Assembly (NCBI GenBank): GCA_003427395.1
Contig: BFEA01000013.1
Span: forward strand, 1,159,891 to 1,223,890
Reading direction: 5' to 3'
From: Chara braunii
Taxonomy: Eukaryota; Plantae; Charophyceae
DNA: 64,000 nt
In this document: positions 1 to 13,349 of the stretch, one piece after another
Numbering within the stretch: position 1 is the first letter of the stretch
How the letters are laid out: every line of letters begins with the position of its first letter
Program-made: the position numbers and the translations under genes
Notes under the pieces: generated by a model
The model's input: the letters and a program-made list of their open reading frames with translations, nothing else
Database searches by the model: none
What the model was told of the DNA's origin: nothing

Positions 1-698
1 TGATACACACACACACGCACTAACACTCTTAACCTTGTCGACGTGGCGGCTATGGCCACTGTCTCTCTCCTAACACTAACTGGCTATCGGCTATGGCCGA
101 TCTTCCTCCTCTTAGCCCACTTCTTCTTCGGGCACCAACAGACCTCCATACACAAGACACTTCGACAACGATTCTGCACAGCTCATAGGCAGAACGAATG
201 CATGAATTGACGCTGCCTCTTGATTTATACTTCGGATTGTCAATGGTCTACCTTCGGACCTTGGGCCCGGGGTGCACACAGTCCCACATGGTACTTGCTG
301 ACTTGACAAAGTGTGATCGGGACATGGTACCGCTGATTGGTCAGAGTTAGTCTGCCCAGTTGCCCACTTGCCTACGACGTACCTCCTAAGACCTACGAAA
401 GGTCGCTTCCGAAAGCTCCGGAAGGCTGTCAACTTGACCGTATGACACTTAAGCGTCCACAACCTCGACTCCTGGGGATTGTAGCAGCTACAACTCCTAT
501 CACTGCCAAGATTCCTAACCTACAGACCTGCTGTTCAAAACCCGATGACCAGACTACCCACAACAAGCAATAGGCGGCTTCCAAGACACAGGCCGCGGGT
601 TCAAGCACACAAGGGGCAACTGATACTGTACACGGCGAGGTTTGGGAATCGAGTTCTGGGAACGGCATCTACTATCGTAAAGGTGAAAACCGTTTCAC
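1..698 (-). repeat. LTR of Gypsy element A family (probable 3' LTR of A; runs off window start)
   Basis: Ends ...AAAGGTGAAAACCGTTTCA (minus strand begins TGAAACGG). 511-698 is ~90% identical to 23278-23471 and similar to the solo LTR 58744-59578. Adjacent 699-740 matches the post-integrase segment of A at 15234-15276. Confidence 0.8.
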
Positions 699-3600
699 TC
701 TCACCGACCTAAATTTGAGGTTCTCCAAGAATAACTCAATCTAGTCGGTGTGAATACCCTTACAAGGGTATCCGCCCTGGTTTTTGCAAGTGACAGAAAA
801 TAAGTTTGGTACAAAGTCTGAGTACACCGCGCAAGTCGCGGCTGTGTCTCATAATTACTTTGGCTGAATGATTGATGAAGAATAAAGAGTGTGCGTGAGC
901 GCAGACTTAAGGCGCACGTGATCGTTTTTTTTCCGCTGATGGCTGTGAAGCCAGCGTGATGTCGGCTAAGTTCTCATTATGATTCGTGTACGTACGCGTG
1001 AAGGACGGACGGTTGTAGGATAAAGCACAAGGCTTGATGACATAGGCCTAGTAGGTGACCAAGGCGCGACGTTGAAACATCACGCGTAGCAAAGTACTGA
1101 CTTGTATAGGAGTTCAGTAGTACTAGGCTCAGCCTTGGGCCTAGCACTACTGGTTACGGTATCGGACTTTCGCCCGGGAGATTTAGGGATCGAGGTTGGC
1201 GACGACGGTGCAGTAGTATTGAAACAACGAGGAGTTACCAAGGGCTTGAGGGTCCGATGAGGCTATCCCCCATGGTTTTATTGTCTGCAGGGAAGCTCGG
1301 TAGGGGCCAAGGCGGTATTAATATTTTTCTCTCCTATACTTTGTCGTGCGGCTCTGTCTTTAATTTTTTGTGATCATTGTTTTGTTTTTATTGTTATTTT
1401 TGCTCCATTGCAGCCAAGCACGGCACTGGAGCTGAGGAGTTTAATGTGCATGCGAGCAGGTGGGTTATCGGATCCACGAGGCTGAAGGAACTGGGTGGCG
1501 GGGACTTTCTGCGGACGCACCGCCCGTCAGCTGCTAGTTGTGGTAAGGGCCTCGAGTGTGAGCATGCCGATGGGACCCGTGCTTGGGCAGAGTAGTCGTG
1601 TGCAGTAGCGCAGGCCACGGGCTGCATCCTACAGGTCCCAAGGAACCCTCCTCCACCTTGGCCTTCAAAGTTCTCATTTGAATATTTATTGATACCCCCA
1701 TGCTACAGGCCGCGGGAAGGCTCGCAGCAATACTGGCGAGCGAATCGTAACGCCGGACTTGGGGGGCATAGGGGCGAAATACCATTCGGTCCATCTGATG
1801 AGCTATTTACTTAGAAGTTTCCCGCAGGCACTGTGGGCAAGGCTCGCATCGATATTGGCAAGCGAATCGTTCGTAGGACTTGGGCTATAGGAAAAAAGGG
1901 ACCACTCAGCCCGACTAGTAGCTGGTTCCCTTCGGAGTTCCGCCGGGTTGGCGCTGCTGAAGTAGCGAGCGTCGGGAATCCGTCGCACTAACTGATTCGG
2001 TGGATGAATTGTTACATCCTCCCGAGAGGGTATAGGCTTCATGATTACCGGCTTGACCGACAGCAGTAGCCAGTATCTATCAGGAATTTGCACATGAACA
2101 CCAGCAGGGCGTTAGAATGACGCACGGCTGGACACGCTCCCCTGGGCTGACGCAGGTAAGCTATTACAGACNNNNNNNNNNNNNNNNNNNNNNNNNNNNN
2201 NNNNNNNNNNNNNNNNNNNNNNNNNNNNNNNNNNNNNNNNNNNNNNNNNNNNNNNNNNNNNNNNNNNNNNNNNNNNNNNNNNNNNNNNNNNNNNNNNNNN
2301 NNNNNNNNNNNNNNNNNNNNNNNNNNNNNNNNNNNNNNNNNNNNNNNNNNNNNNNNNNNNNNNNNNNNNNNNNNNNNNNNNNNNNNNNNNNNNNNNNNNN
2401 NNNNNNNNNNNNNNNNNNNNNNNNNNNNNNNNNNNNNNNNNNNNNNNNNNNNNNNNNNNNNNNNNNNNNNNNNNNNNNNNNNNNNNNNNNNNNNNNNNNN
2501 NNNNNNNNNNNNNNNNNNNNNNNNNNNNNNNNNNNNNNNNNNNNNNNNNNNNNNNNNNNNNNNNNNNNNNNNNNNNNNNNNNNNNNNNNNNNNNNNNNNN
2601 NNNNNNNNNNNNNNNNNNNNNNNNNNNNNNNNNNNNNNNNNNNNNNNNNNNNNNNNNNNNNNNNNNNNNNNNNNNNNNNNNNNNNNNNNNNNNNNNNNNN
2701 NNNNNNNNNNNNNNNNNNNNNNNNNNNNNNNNNNNNNNNNNNNNNNTTTGTGGGCTTGCATACTTGAGGATGATTGTTCATTTGCCTTCCAGTCCCATAT
2801 TGCGTACAAATCGTTCAGTTTCCACAGTAGCTCAGTAGGTTTGATAGAAGATTGCATGGATGAGGTCGTGTGTTCAAAACTCACTTACTTAGTGGGAGGC
2901 AGGACCAAGAGACCTACACACCGCCCATAGACTCATGAACGGTTGATGAGAGTGAGACTTAGTACAGACTGTGGTCGGTGTTGGTAGGTTTCTTGGGGCA
3001 AGATTAGAGTAGGGGCACCCGTTGCTAGTTGGAGATTTGGGGGGGTCAGCTACTAGGCACAGGAGGGGTTAGGATGAGGGCTCCCCTTAGGACAGCTCGC
3101 CCGTGGAACAGGAACGGTTGATGAGAGCGAGACTTAGTACGATCCACCGTCGATGTATGTCTGAACTAGGACCCTCCAGACCGCCCATGGAACAAGGAAC
3201 AATTGGTGAGAGTGAGACTTGGTACACTCTATGGCCGGTGCTGGTAGGGCTCTTGTCTCGGTGGGGCTTTCCACAGGATTGGTTGGGTTGCCTGCCTCCT
3301 ATGTTCGGTTCACTATCAACAAAAAACATGTAGCAATGACAACAATGTGCACAACGAACAACCTAATAACAAACAACAGTAACAACAGCTGTGTGCACAA
3401 CGATAGGAATGCAAAATAGGTCCACCTATGGGATCTGTAGTGAAACGTCTGTACCTAGCACCTGATGTACCTGGGCGAGAAGGCTCGCACAAATATCCTT
3501 CGATCAGGGCTGAGTGGGGTGTGTATGGGGCTCAGCTTAGCTCGGGTACCTACAACCACAATTCGGTCAGGTCCCCCCCAAGGCTGGAGGGTGACGATCC

Positions 3601-6269
3601 TGAGTGGTAGACACTGAGGTAGGATAGTGGGAGTAGGAGTGCGCCGGGAGAAATTACGAAAGAGGTAGGTTGGGAGGGAGTCCTATATACCACATGGCCA
3701 AGTGTCAAAGGTGACTCTCATATATCTGTAATCCAGCCTCTACAACAACCTGGGCTTTTTTGAAAAAAAAAAAAAAAAGGAATTTGAAGTCAGCGGGGAG
3801 GTGCGTTCTGACCAAGACGAGAAACAACGCGGTCGAGGCCAGCAAGGAGAAGGTCAAACGTGGCCATTGAGGAGTGCCAGGTACACGCAGAGGAAGGAGA
3901 GAGTAGTGGCGGATAGGAATGCAGGCGCAAGGGGAGGAAAAGGCTATGGCACAACTGTTTCTTCACAAAACAGAGTGAGAGGAGGGTCGTTCTCGGGGTT
4001 TTAGGCCAAGGTGACTCCGAAATTAAGGTCGGATCGGACAAAGAGTTAGTAAAGAGAGAGCGAAGAGGAGAAAGATCCGCGTGGGAGATGGTGGAAACAG
4101 ATATTGCGAGATGCAAGAGGTGAGTATCTCACTCGTTTCTTTACAAAATCGGACGGGGGAAATTGCTAAGTTGGGGTTTCGGGAGCGGGCGAGTTCAATG
4201 GAGATGGCGGATTCGGGATTTAGTGGTTAGTTTTGGTGCAGAGGAGATATGGGGGGGACAGTGTTAAGAGACTTACGTGCTCGAAGGGGAAGGCGATAGC
4301 AAGGGCTGGTCCCCGTATATATTCGGGTTTTGCTGCAGGGTTCACTCAGACTTGCTCATCCTCTCGATGAGATTACCAACTCCCTATCTCTGCGTGCACG
4401 GCTCGGAAGGCGATATGTGTTTTCATGTACAAGCAGGAGAAGGGTGAGCTTATATGGATTGCCTTAATTGCGGTGCGCGTATTACCTGATCCCGGTGTGG
4501 TGATTCGGTTAGCCGTTGTCGAAATCCGCTACAAACACAGAGTTGTTTGTATTCTGCGTTGTGAACCCGGCTCGGTTTTGTCACGATGGTCGCGCCTCCA
4601 CCATGGTGCTCGGCTGATCGAGGAAGGGATCGTGGTTCGTCGCAACTGTCCTTCGTCGGAATACGTGATCCCCATCTGGAATGACCGGACTCGGTTGTAT
4701 TGACGACCAGATGCGTCCTGACGTCGAGCGTAGTCGGTGTATACGCACACATACTGCAAGGGGGTAAAGAGGAGAGTTTGAGAGGATCGACCTTTTACTT
4801 ACTCGTGGAGTCACTTTTTTATATTTGTAGGCTGCAAGGCTACTATTGGGGAAGCTTGTCATGACAAGGCGCAGCGACGACTGGCAAATTGAGACGTTGC
4901 AATGGATTTGGGTCTAGAAAAGTTGTTGTTTGGTGATTTTAGGAGGTTGGGGTCACCCCCTATTAGGAGCTAGATTGCCAACTTACTCCAGATTGCCCGC
5001 CTGTTGCTGAGTCAAATCGCTACATTGAACAGGCTACTAATACTATAATGGAAACTGATTTCGAATTGTTGCGATCCCTGACGGGACCCATTGTTACTCA
5101 TGACTGTGTGAGGTATTACTAAGTCATAAATTTGTAGCTACATTACACGTGCTGGTTGTGGCCAATTGTTGGTCTGAGACGATTGCGGCGGTTATCATTG
5201 TAGGAGTTGCGGAGTATTTCGAAGCTTTGTTATGATGGATTACTGATTGTTGACTTACAAACTACTACCGAATGGTTGCATGCTACTGATATGCTTCAAG
5301 AGACTTTTGCTGCTCGTGAATAAGAACCACAACCTTTTCCTCCAAGATTGCTGCCTTTTCAGTGGAAGTGTGGTTGAGGATTCTAACGACAATCGACTAT
5401 TACCCTGGATGCTCAAGGCGAGTACCAGTGTGAAGCGAGGGTTACTGATGTGGCAGGAAGACTGCTGCTGATGCTGTTTCTTCGGTGTGTTAGTGGTTCC
5501 CTCTGTTCGAAAGGGTGTCGTGTCGCCTCCATCAACGACAAACTGGTGATTGCATGCATTAACGCTCGGTGGACTATCATAGTCCACATTCGTAGCAGCA
5601 GTTTGCCCGGAAGAGGTGGTATGGCGATTTAGGGAGAAATCAAACTTTTTTCAGAGATTATTGTTGCGGTTTTGGGGCTAGTTAGCGGATTATCTTTCAA
5701 CGTCTGCGACCATGTTCTTGTTGCATTCTGGCCGCCATTGCGGGGCCCTCATCCGCATCAAGACAACAAGGCCCTATCCCGTGAGTTAAGTCAGTCCCTT
5801 CCTTGTATCTTGAGAGTTTGAAACCTCTTATACTCCCTTTCTTACTCTAAGTCAAGTCTGCAGTTACGAGAGGAAGGTGGCAGACGGGATTGCAACCTGT
5901 AGGACCGCATTAAGACTCTGTGGGGAGTCTGCCCATCGATTGCGAGAGCTCTGTCAAAACTCAGGAGGAGTTATGGAGGCAGAGAATTGAGAGGTAAAGC
6001 TTCATCTTCCTTCTATAAACCCAATTATAACCCCTATTAGTACGTCTTGCTATGGTTTGACGGAGTATATTGCATGCATCCCATATTGACATTGAGTTTG
6101 ACTTTCTGGACACAAATCAGACTCAAGTAAAGGAATGCATGTGCAATCTCAAATTTCACTTTTGTTGTTTGCCTGAAATCAGATTGTAAAAAGGGTTTGC
6201 ATCTAGGGGAAAGGCGGGAGGAAGGGGGTTTTGCGTGCGTTTGACCGGGTCAACCAAAGGTTGGGCATT

Positions 6270-6797
6270 GTACTAAGTTTGACGGCTCAGTGCTATGTTT
6301 ATTTTCGATTGCTTGGAGGACCAGACATGTTTCCATAAGTTTGGATGGTCTGGTTGCTCTGACTTGTGAGGGCTGCATGTGTTTGTTTTTCAGGGACCAA
6401 GCAGGTTTACATAAGTTTGGATGGCTTGGTTGCCTTGTTTTATTTGGGGTTTCTGATGTTTATTCACTTCTGAAAGGAGGAGTTGAGCACTTGTTCCATA
6501 AGTTTGGATGACTCTAACTTCTTCTTGTTTATTCTGAGGGAGGACCAGGTGAAGGACTAGACATGGTTCCATAAGTTTGGATGGTCTGGTCTGGAGCCAC
6601 GTACATGTTGTAACCAAAAGGGTAAATTTTGTCTATACTTTCATACTCTTTAAATTACGAACAAGCTAGTCAGACATTGTTCCAAAGGTTTGGATGGTTT
6701 GATTATAGCTTATCACAAATCGAAGAGAGTATCAATTAAGAGTAAATTGGTGGTAAGAAGGGGCAGGTTGAACCTTGTTTCTAAGTTGAAAGGTTCA
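6270..6797. repeat. Spaced array of ~19-bp direct repeats (GTTCCATAAGTTTGGATGG) in G1
   Basis: Copies near 6329, 6407, 6493, 6566 and 6679, with variants near 6271 and 6775. Confidence 0.8.
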
Positions 6798-9700
6798 GCG
6801 TGGTGTAATGCGTGGTTGTGTTGTGTTGTTTTGTTTTGTTTTGAGTGTGTTTTTAATTGTATGTTTTCAGCATGGTGTAATGCGTGGTGAGTGGGATGTG
6901 TCCTAGTCGACTGACGACGAGTCGCACTTGGGACTTCAACCCCCCAATGCATCGGTGTCGAGCGCATCGGCTCCCGTCTTTTCTTTGCAAAAGGCAAGAG
7001 CCCTCCCGAATGTGTCACGTAGGATTATAAGCAATATCAAGATCAAGGAGACAACTCGGGGACGACGCATAGTTAACACCGCGAACCGCTGAGACGGGCG
7101 AGGTCGCGTCGTCCCTTCGCCATTCTAGCTAGGTGCGCCAATTGTACATCCCACGGTCCCCTACGACAGGATGGGTTCTCGCGGGGCACAACTTGCTTTC
7201 CTTCCCTAAGGGGTTGTCACCACCCTTAGTGGCGTATCCCTACCGAGCTACTAACCCACATGCGAAAGCTTTTAAATGCAGTCGCAGAGGTAGGTCAGCC
7301 GAGGGCGTTTGCTCGCTCGTTGTAGTATAGGTACGCATGGTTAAAACGCCTTGAACCCGGACATCGTCCGTTCCTTAGGGCGCTGATCTCCTAAGTACGA
7401 AGTGTACGCCGGTCGATTAGGACGGTCTCAACCAAGCGTGAAACCCCCTACTCAATCCTAGTCCCTTCAGACACTAATCAAAAGAAAGCTACGACAACCA
7501 CACATGGTTACCTCGAAAAGAGTCGACCGTAGTCGACAGGAATATACCCAGTCTAAAATGATAACTGAAGGAATCTTGATTATCATTAGATACATCCAAT
7601 AACACAAGAATAAGATAAAATTTGACCACCCCAGGTCGAACTTCACAAAACAATCATACAATCGCCAACGAGGATTTGGCTACCGACAATAATGCAGCCG
7701 ATAAGGTAATCGGATGCCTTAGTTGTGACTTGATGAGACGCGTTGCCAAAGGCAATCATTTCACCCTACCGCCGACTTAAGATTAGGCACGCACACTTGT
7801 CTCCATGCAGTGTTGCGTGTCTCACCCTTTAGGAAGTGGTCTGGGGTACTCCTCCTCGCCCGAGCACAAAGCTCGGATCTCAAAAGTCAAGTCGTCTCCA
7901 CCGAATCGACAAAGTACCCCCTCATAAAACGGTCCACTCTGGGTCGATAACGGGGTTGGCTCCTGAAGCAACGAGCCCCGGCCTCAGATGCTTCCTAGAG
8001 ATAGAGGATGTGTCCACTGCAAGTAGCTTTCAGTTATTCGTTCCGGGTAGCTTGGACAAAAAGAAATCAAAGGAGAAAAAGAACGAGAATCATTTGTTCG
8101 GGTATAGACAGATGAGGTCATTCGGGATAGAACAGGTCAGTCCTCGGGAAAAGCTAAGTCCTTTTGACCTCACTTACTTTATTTCAATCGCATTCATTTT
8201 ACGACGCGCACTGAATTAATCTTTTTCAAAACAACAAGTCATTTTTGACATGCAGACAGGTGAAAAGTAAAAAGAAAACGATCCTTTTCCTTTTCTCCAA
8301 TAGGCAAAATCAATCTCCCTGTTCAAGCATCTCTTTTACCTACCTGCACACCAATTTGAAGCAAACAAGTTTGGAAAAACAAGCAAAACCTATACCCAAG
8401 GTCATCCATTTCCATTCACATGCATGACTCGCACAACTTTCCTCTGCCTTTTCTTTCGAACATTCAAAATGAAGAGGGTCAAGCAAAGTGTAGGTTCACA
8501 CAGGTGTGAAGAGATGTCTGAGTTAATCAATCGACTGGCCGTGAGTGAAGTTTGATCCGGCCCACTCAAGAAAGCCTCAGGATAATTCCAATCAAAAGAA
8601 AATGACCGCCGTAGAATATGAAAATATGCGGTTTACAACTCCACAAGTTGTGGCCTCTCTCCTGAATCATGGTCCACGTCCTCTCTCAAGTACTCAAATA
8701 AGCAAGAGTCGGGTTCATTGAGAGAACTCCAGTGGAATAACCCTCCAGCAAGAATAAATCCCACATGATTCCAATGTTTCGGACAGTCCTAACGCAGTCC
8801 CATTGCACCACAACCTCCCAGACTGTCCCAACGCCATACCAACTTCACTACGTCCTTTAAGGATCCTTCCCAACCAATCGCAAGTCCATGCCGCCTCAAA
8901 TCACCCTGTCCACTTACAATAGTCATGTCATCATGCCAGTCCCGATCTCAAAATCAATCCCACCTGGTCACAAAATGGGCAGATGGTCCCAAATGATCCC
9001 AATGCAGTCCCATACCATTGCTCGCAACATTAGATGGTCCAGAACTCAAAACCGCTCACACCGCGCACTGCAAAAAAAATAAAGGTGGCCCTGGCTCAAA
9101 ACTACATGTGCCGCGTGCCCAATAATCACTGTCGTGTGCACTCACTTTGCACTTTCTTCATGCTGTCGGCCCACACACCACTGCCGCACAATCCCAAATG
9201 TGCACCAGTGCCAGCCTAACCTCCATGTCACATTGGAATCCACCATAACCGCTACGCACCACATAAAATAAAAATGTAACTACCGCTCGCCGCACCGTAA
9301 ATTCGGCAGCATTACTGCCCTGCTGAATACGTTGTCGTTGCCATGCCGTCGAACGGGCAGCACTTCCCCCTTTAAAAAAATTGTCGCCAAGTCAAAATTT
9401 CGGCAGCGTAACCCCACTGGATACACTGCCGTTGCCTTGCCGCTCATCGAACAGCACCTCCCCACACTCACATTAAAAAAGACATCGGTGGCGCACGGCA
9501 AATCCGACAGCACCTTCCCTTAGGAAGGTCTTGACGCCGTGGCAGCAGCATAACCCCTCTAAAATAGGTGTCGCTTGCCACACCGTCCGTCCCTAACGCA
9601 GCCTTACCGCTGCAGCACCTGCACAAGGGCGGGGCAGAGAGCCTCCAACCCTTGGCTATGGCTGCCTCTCTTCTCCTCCTCCAGCAGCGTCTCCCCTCAT

Positions 9701-10289
9701 CCTGCAGACCTGCACTTCCCCCACCAGCAGCACGTCCCCTCGACAACAACATGAAGAAGCCAGCCAACATTCATTCAAGTGAATGGCCCAGCAGCGCTGC
9801 CACAAGTGTGAGGCTGCTGGATGGAGTATTGGCTTTTATAGCCAGCTGAGGACTGTGGGCAGCTGCCTAGCCCACAATCCAAAAAATGGAGTCCAGCCAG
9901 GCCCTTGACATGAGCCGTGATGAAGGGCCAGGAATCTTGATATTCCCCTATGGGAACCAAGGTCTGCCAATTCCAGAAGCATCTGGCCTTTTTCCTTGGC
10001 CCTGCAGCCTGTTCAAAAAACGAACAGGCGCAGTTATCCCTACACATACACATACACGCATGTACCTAACCACGGTTGCGGCCACATTCGCGGCTGTTTC
10101 TCTTTTCATTTCCCTGTTTTTTTTTCTTTTTTTTTTTGCTTCTCTTTTCGGACAGCTTTTGGCTGATGCTCGTTTTGACCTTTGGGTACGTGTTGTGTTG
10201 CATTGCAGTATGTTTTTTTTTTTTTTTTTTTTTCTATTTTCCTAGGAGTGGCAATTGGTTTTCCAAAATGAGCAGCCTCCCCCAGGCCT

Positions 10290-10372
10290 AGTCATATCAC
10301 AGAGCCGAACTATAGTCAAGCTCAACAGGGTCTTCTTTACCCTGACGATTCTTCCAAGCCCATTCCCTTGCT
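10290..10372 (-). pseudogene. Degenerate nuclear LSU (25S/28S) rRNA fragment, 5' side of domain V
   Basis: Plus strand AGTCAAGCTCAACAGGGTCTTCTTT...GATTCTTCCAAGCCCATTCCCTTG is the reverse complement of the conserved LSU ...AAGGGAACGGGCTTGG...AAAGAAGACCCTGTTGAGCTTGACT. Confidence 0.85.
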
Positions 10373-10420
10373 AGGTCCTTGTACTTGGCACAACCAATTT
10401 GCTTGATACAAGCGCATAAG

Positions 10421-10553
10421 CAATCGGAAGAGCCAACAAAGGACCAGAAACACCGTCGCTATGAACGTTTGGCTGCTACAGGCCAGTTACCTCGTGGTGA
10501 CTTCCCTGACCCTCTTATCTTAAAGTCCTGAAATGCCAAAGAGTCTATAGGCG
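10421..10553 (-). pseudogene. Degenerate nuclear LSU rRNA fragment, domain V central-loop region
   Basis: GGAAGAGCC...CGTCGCTATGAACGTTTGGCTGCTACAGGCCAGTTA...GTGGTGACTT matches the reverse complement of LSU GGGATAACTGGCTTGTGGCAGCCAAGCGTTCATAGCGACG...GGCTCTTCC. Confidence 0.85.
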
Positions 10554-13102
10554 CCCGTTCCTGGGCGTTGGCAATGCCAGGTTCGAACGCCACTCGTTGT
10601 TACAGCCCAAACGGGCACTTACCCAAATCGCAGGAGTAACAAAGGGTGGGGGGAAATGGCGTGGCAATGCATATTTCCATGTTCCGACGGTAGATTCATT
10701 CAATTTTGCTCATCTTGTCGATGGAAGTAGCAGGAGCGCCAACCACGAGATTGGAGACTTACCTGTTCGTCAGCGTGTTGTTCATCATCATGAAACCTGC
10801 AGACAGGTAAGTCCCCTACCCCACACACACACATGAGGAGTAGTGTTGGTTTCCATGTTCTAACTGTAGATTCCTTCAATTTTGCTCGTCCCATTGATGG
10901 CAGCAGCAGTTCGTCGAAGCGAACGGGTGCCTTAGTGACCACAAACAAAAAGAAAACAAAGAAAATCTAAAAAGAAATAACGAATGTTAAAAATATAACT
11001 AAAGAAAATCTAAGGCGAATCTAAAACAATAAAACCTAAAGAAAATCTAAAAAAAGAAAGGAGAAAAATTAAAACGAAAAGAAAAAAAAACTTACTACGG
11101 AAAACGACCGCCCATTAAAACGCGCACCATCGTCTGAACTGGGATTGAAAGCCCCAGTCAGATCTCGCATCACCATCTTGCGCTGCCAGAACTTAGTATT
11201 AGTTATATTTTTATTATTATTATTATTTTTTCCTTCTTTTTTCGTTGGCAGCAGCCAACGGTCACGTCATGTTCGTGGGGAACCCACGAACTGTTGAAAT
11301 ACAGACCTGAGTTCGATCCCTACTGGGATTGAAAAACAATTTGGGCCATTTCTCGATTTATGCGTGCCATCCTTGCGCAATCCCATAGAATCCACGCGGC
11401 CTATCTCGGTCATGTGATCTTTGTGATCGCACGGTCGAGATGGACCGCGCCCAGATGCTCCTACTAAAATGGAGCTAGCCCATTGTAGGGCATTTCAGAC
11501 TTGATCCCGGTCTCTGTCGGGTGGCAATTCAATGCAATACCTACTGGGCTAGCTCCTATTACGAGAGCTAAAGCAACAGCCCTTCTATTTGAAGGGTTAC
11601 GCCCAGTAGGCCACCCTCCTGCCTGTGGCCCAGCAGGCTCTGCCTGCTTATGGCCTAACAGGCCTTGCTTGCAGGCCCCTGTCCCGTCGGTTGGCTGCGT
11701 GACCGCGGCTTGATTGGTCACCCAACCAGGTAGGCCTCGGCATCAGCATGTCGGTCCCCTGGCTCGGAGTCAAACCCTGCGGTCCAAAAAAAAAAAAAAA
11801 AAAGCTTCCTATTCCTCACGAGCCGCGGCCCAGGCTCTGAATCGTGCGACTGATATTATTTTAGGTAGAATAGGTTTAGCTTTGGCATTCCCATGTCCGC
11901 ACGCTTCTACGGCCTCGACAAAAGCGAAACACTGCCAGTTACTTCCGTTACTCTCGGATGCCACAAGCGTCCGGACTATACCTCGAAAACTTTTAGTCTC
12001 CGAGTCATAGGTCAGGTCTGGATAAACTTTTGACAAACATCAGTCTCATCAAGTCCTTCAATTCAACGAAAATTCGGACAGTGTCCGACGTTTAAAATCC
12101 CCGGCAAATACCCTTGTCAGGGTATTTGCCCCGACGGCATTCCCGGACCCCATTGAACGACGTCCCCGTCGTTCACCATCAAAAAAAGAAACATGGCGTG
12201 AAATGGGCAGCACAACCCCACCGAAAGCTCTGCCGCCATTGTACCAAAAAAAACGGCAGCACTACCCCATTGACAGTGCTGCTACCGCCGTGCCAAAAAA
12301 AAAAGGATAGCACCTTTCCCTCAAAATATTGACGGCACGCTGAACATTTCGGCAACATGGCCGCCGAATCAGCAAATTGACAGCACTTTCCTCTCATGTC
12401 CACAACACCTCCGACATCACGGGCGGCACTTCCGCTCACACTGCCACTTTCCACACGATCGGACCCTGACGCAGTGTGCCGGCCGCAACACCAACGCAGG
12501 GGTGGGGCAGTGAGCGCCCAACCTTCGGCTATGGCCTCTGCTCTCTCTCTCCATCTTTTTGCAGACCTCCACTCTCCTCTCCAGCAGCACTTCCTCTCCC
12601 TCGTCTCCGGCAGCAACCCCCCGCAATAGCAGCCAACCATTATTCACTCAAGTGAATGGCCCAGCAGCACTGCCACAAGTGTGTGGCTGCTGGGTGGAAT
12701 GCTGACTCTTATAGCCAGCTAGAAGCATGTGGGCAGCTGCTTTGCCCACAGCCAGGCAAATTCGTCAGTGCTCCTGGCCCTTGATCTAATCAACGACCAG
12801 GAGCTCAGTGCCTTGGGTTTCCCCTAGGGAAACCAAGGTCATCCATTCCCGGAAGCACGTGGTCTTCTCCACAGGCTACCTGCTCCGGGAAATGGCTGTG
12901 CCCAGCCAGACTGCAGCCTGTTCAAAAACGAACAGGCACAGTTTTATCACCACCTAGAACCCTCTACCCCCCTGCACCTATCCCATGACAGCGGCCACAT
13001 ATGTGGCCATTACTTTTCTTCAATTCCTCCCCCTTTTTTTTTCCTGTCCCTCGTTTCTCAGGAAGGGGCAGCTCATTTTTCAAAACGAGCTGCCTCCCTT
13101 TC

Positions 13103-13178
13103 TTCTAAGTCATTTCGCAGAGTCTAACCGGAGGCATGCTCAGCAGGGTCTTCTTTCCTTGCAATTCGCGCCCAAACC
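13103..13178 (-). pseudogene. Second, more decayed copy of the LSU rRNA fragment (unit 2)
   Basis: CTAAGTCATTTCGCAGAGTC...GCTCAGCAGGGTCTTCTTTCC lies at the position paralogous to 10290-10372. Confidence 0.65.
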
Positions 13179-13349
13179 TAAGTGCCAATGGAGCCTAGTT
13201 CAGGCGACGGTTTGCAGCCCGTTTTCCAAACAAAACGGGCACGGACTTCAGCCCATTAGGCAATAAAACAAAATAAAAAATGGGCGGTGTATTTTCTCCT
13301 GCCCTCGTGACATGTTTATTCGATTTTGCTCATCCTACACACTCACACT

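Noticed and set aside
1795-1830. CTGATGAGCTA...TAGAAG as a hammerhead core
   Set aside because: Lacks GAAA and the supporting stems.
10290-10553. Functional rRNA gene or R2-type rDNA insertion site
   Set aside because: Short, diverged and permuted fragments with no flanking rDNA and no non-LTR RT nearby.
11244-11327. Bona fide tRNA gene
   Set aside because: A B-box is present but no cloverleaf or acceptor stem could be built.
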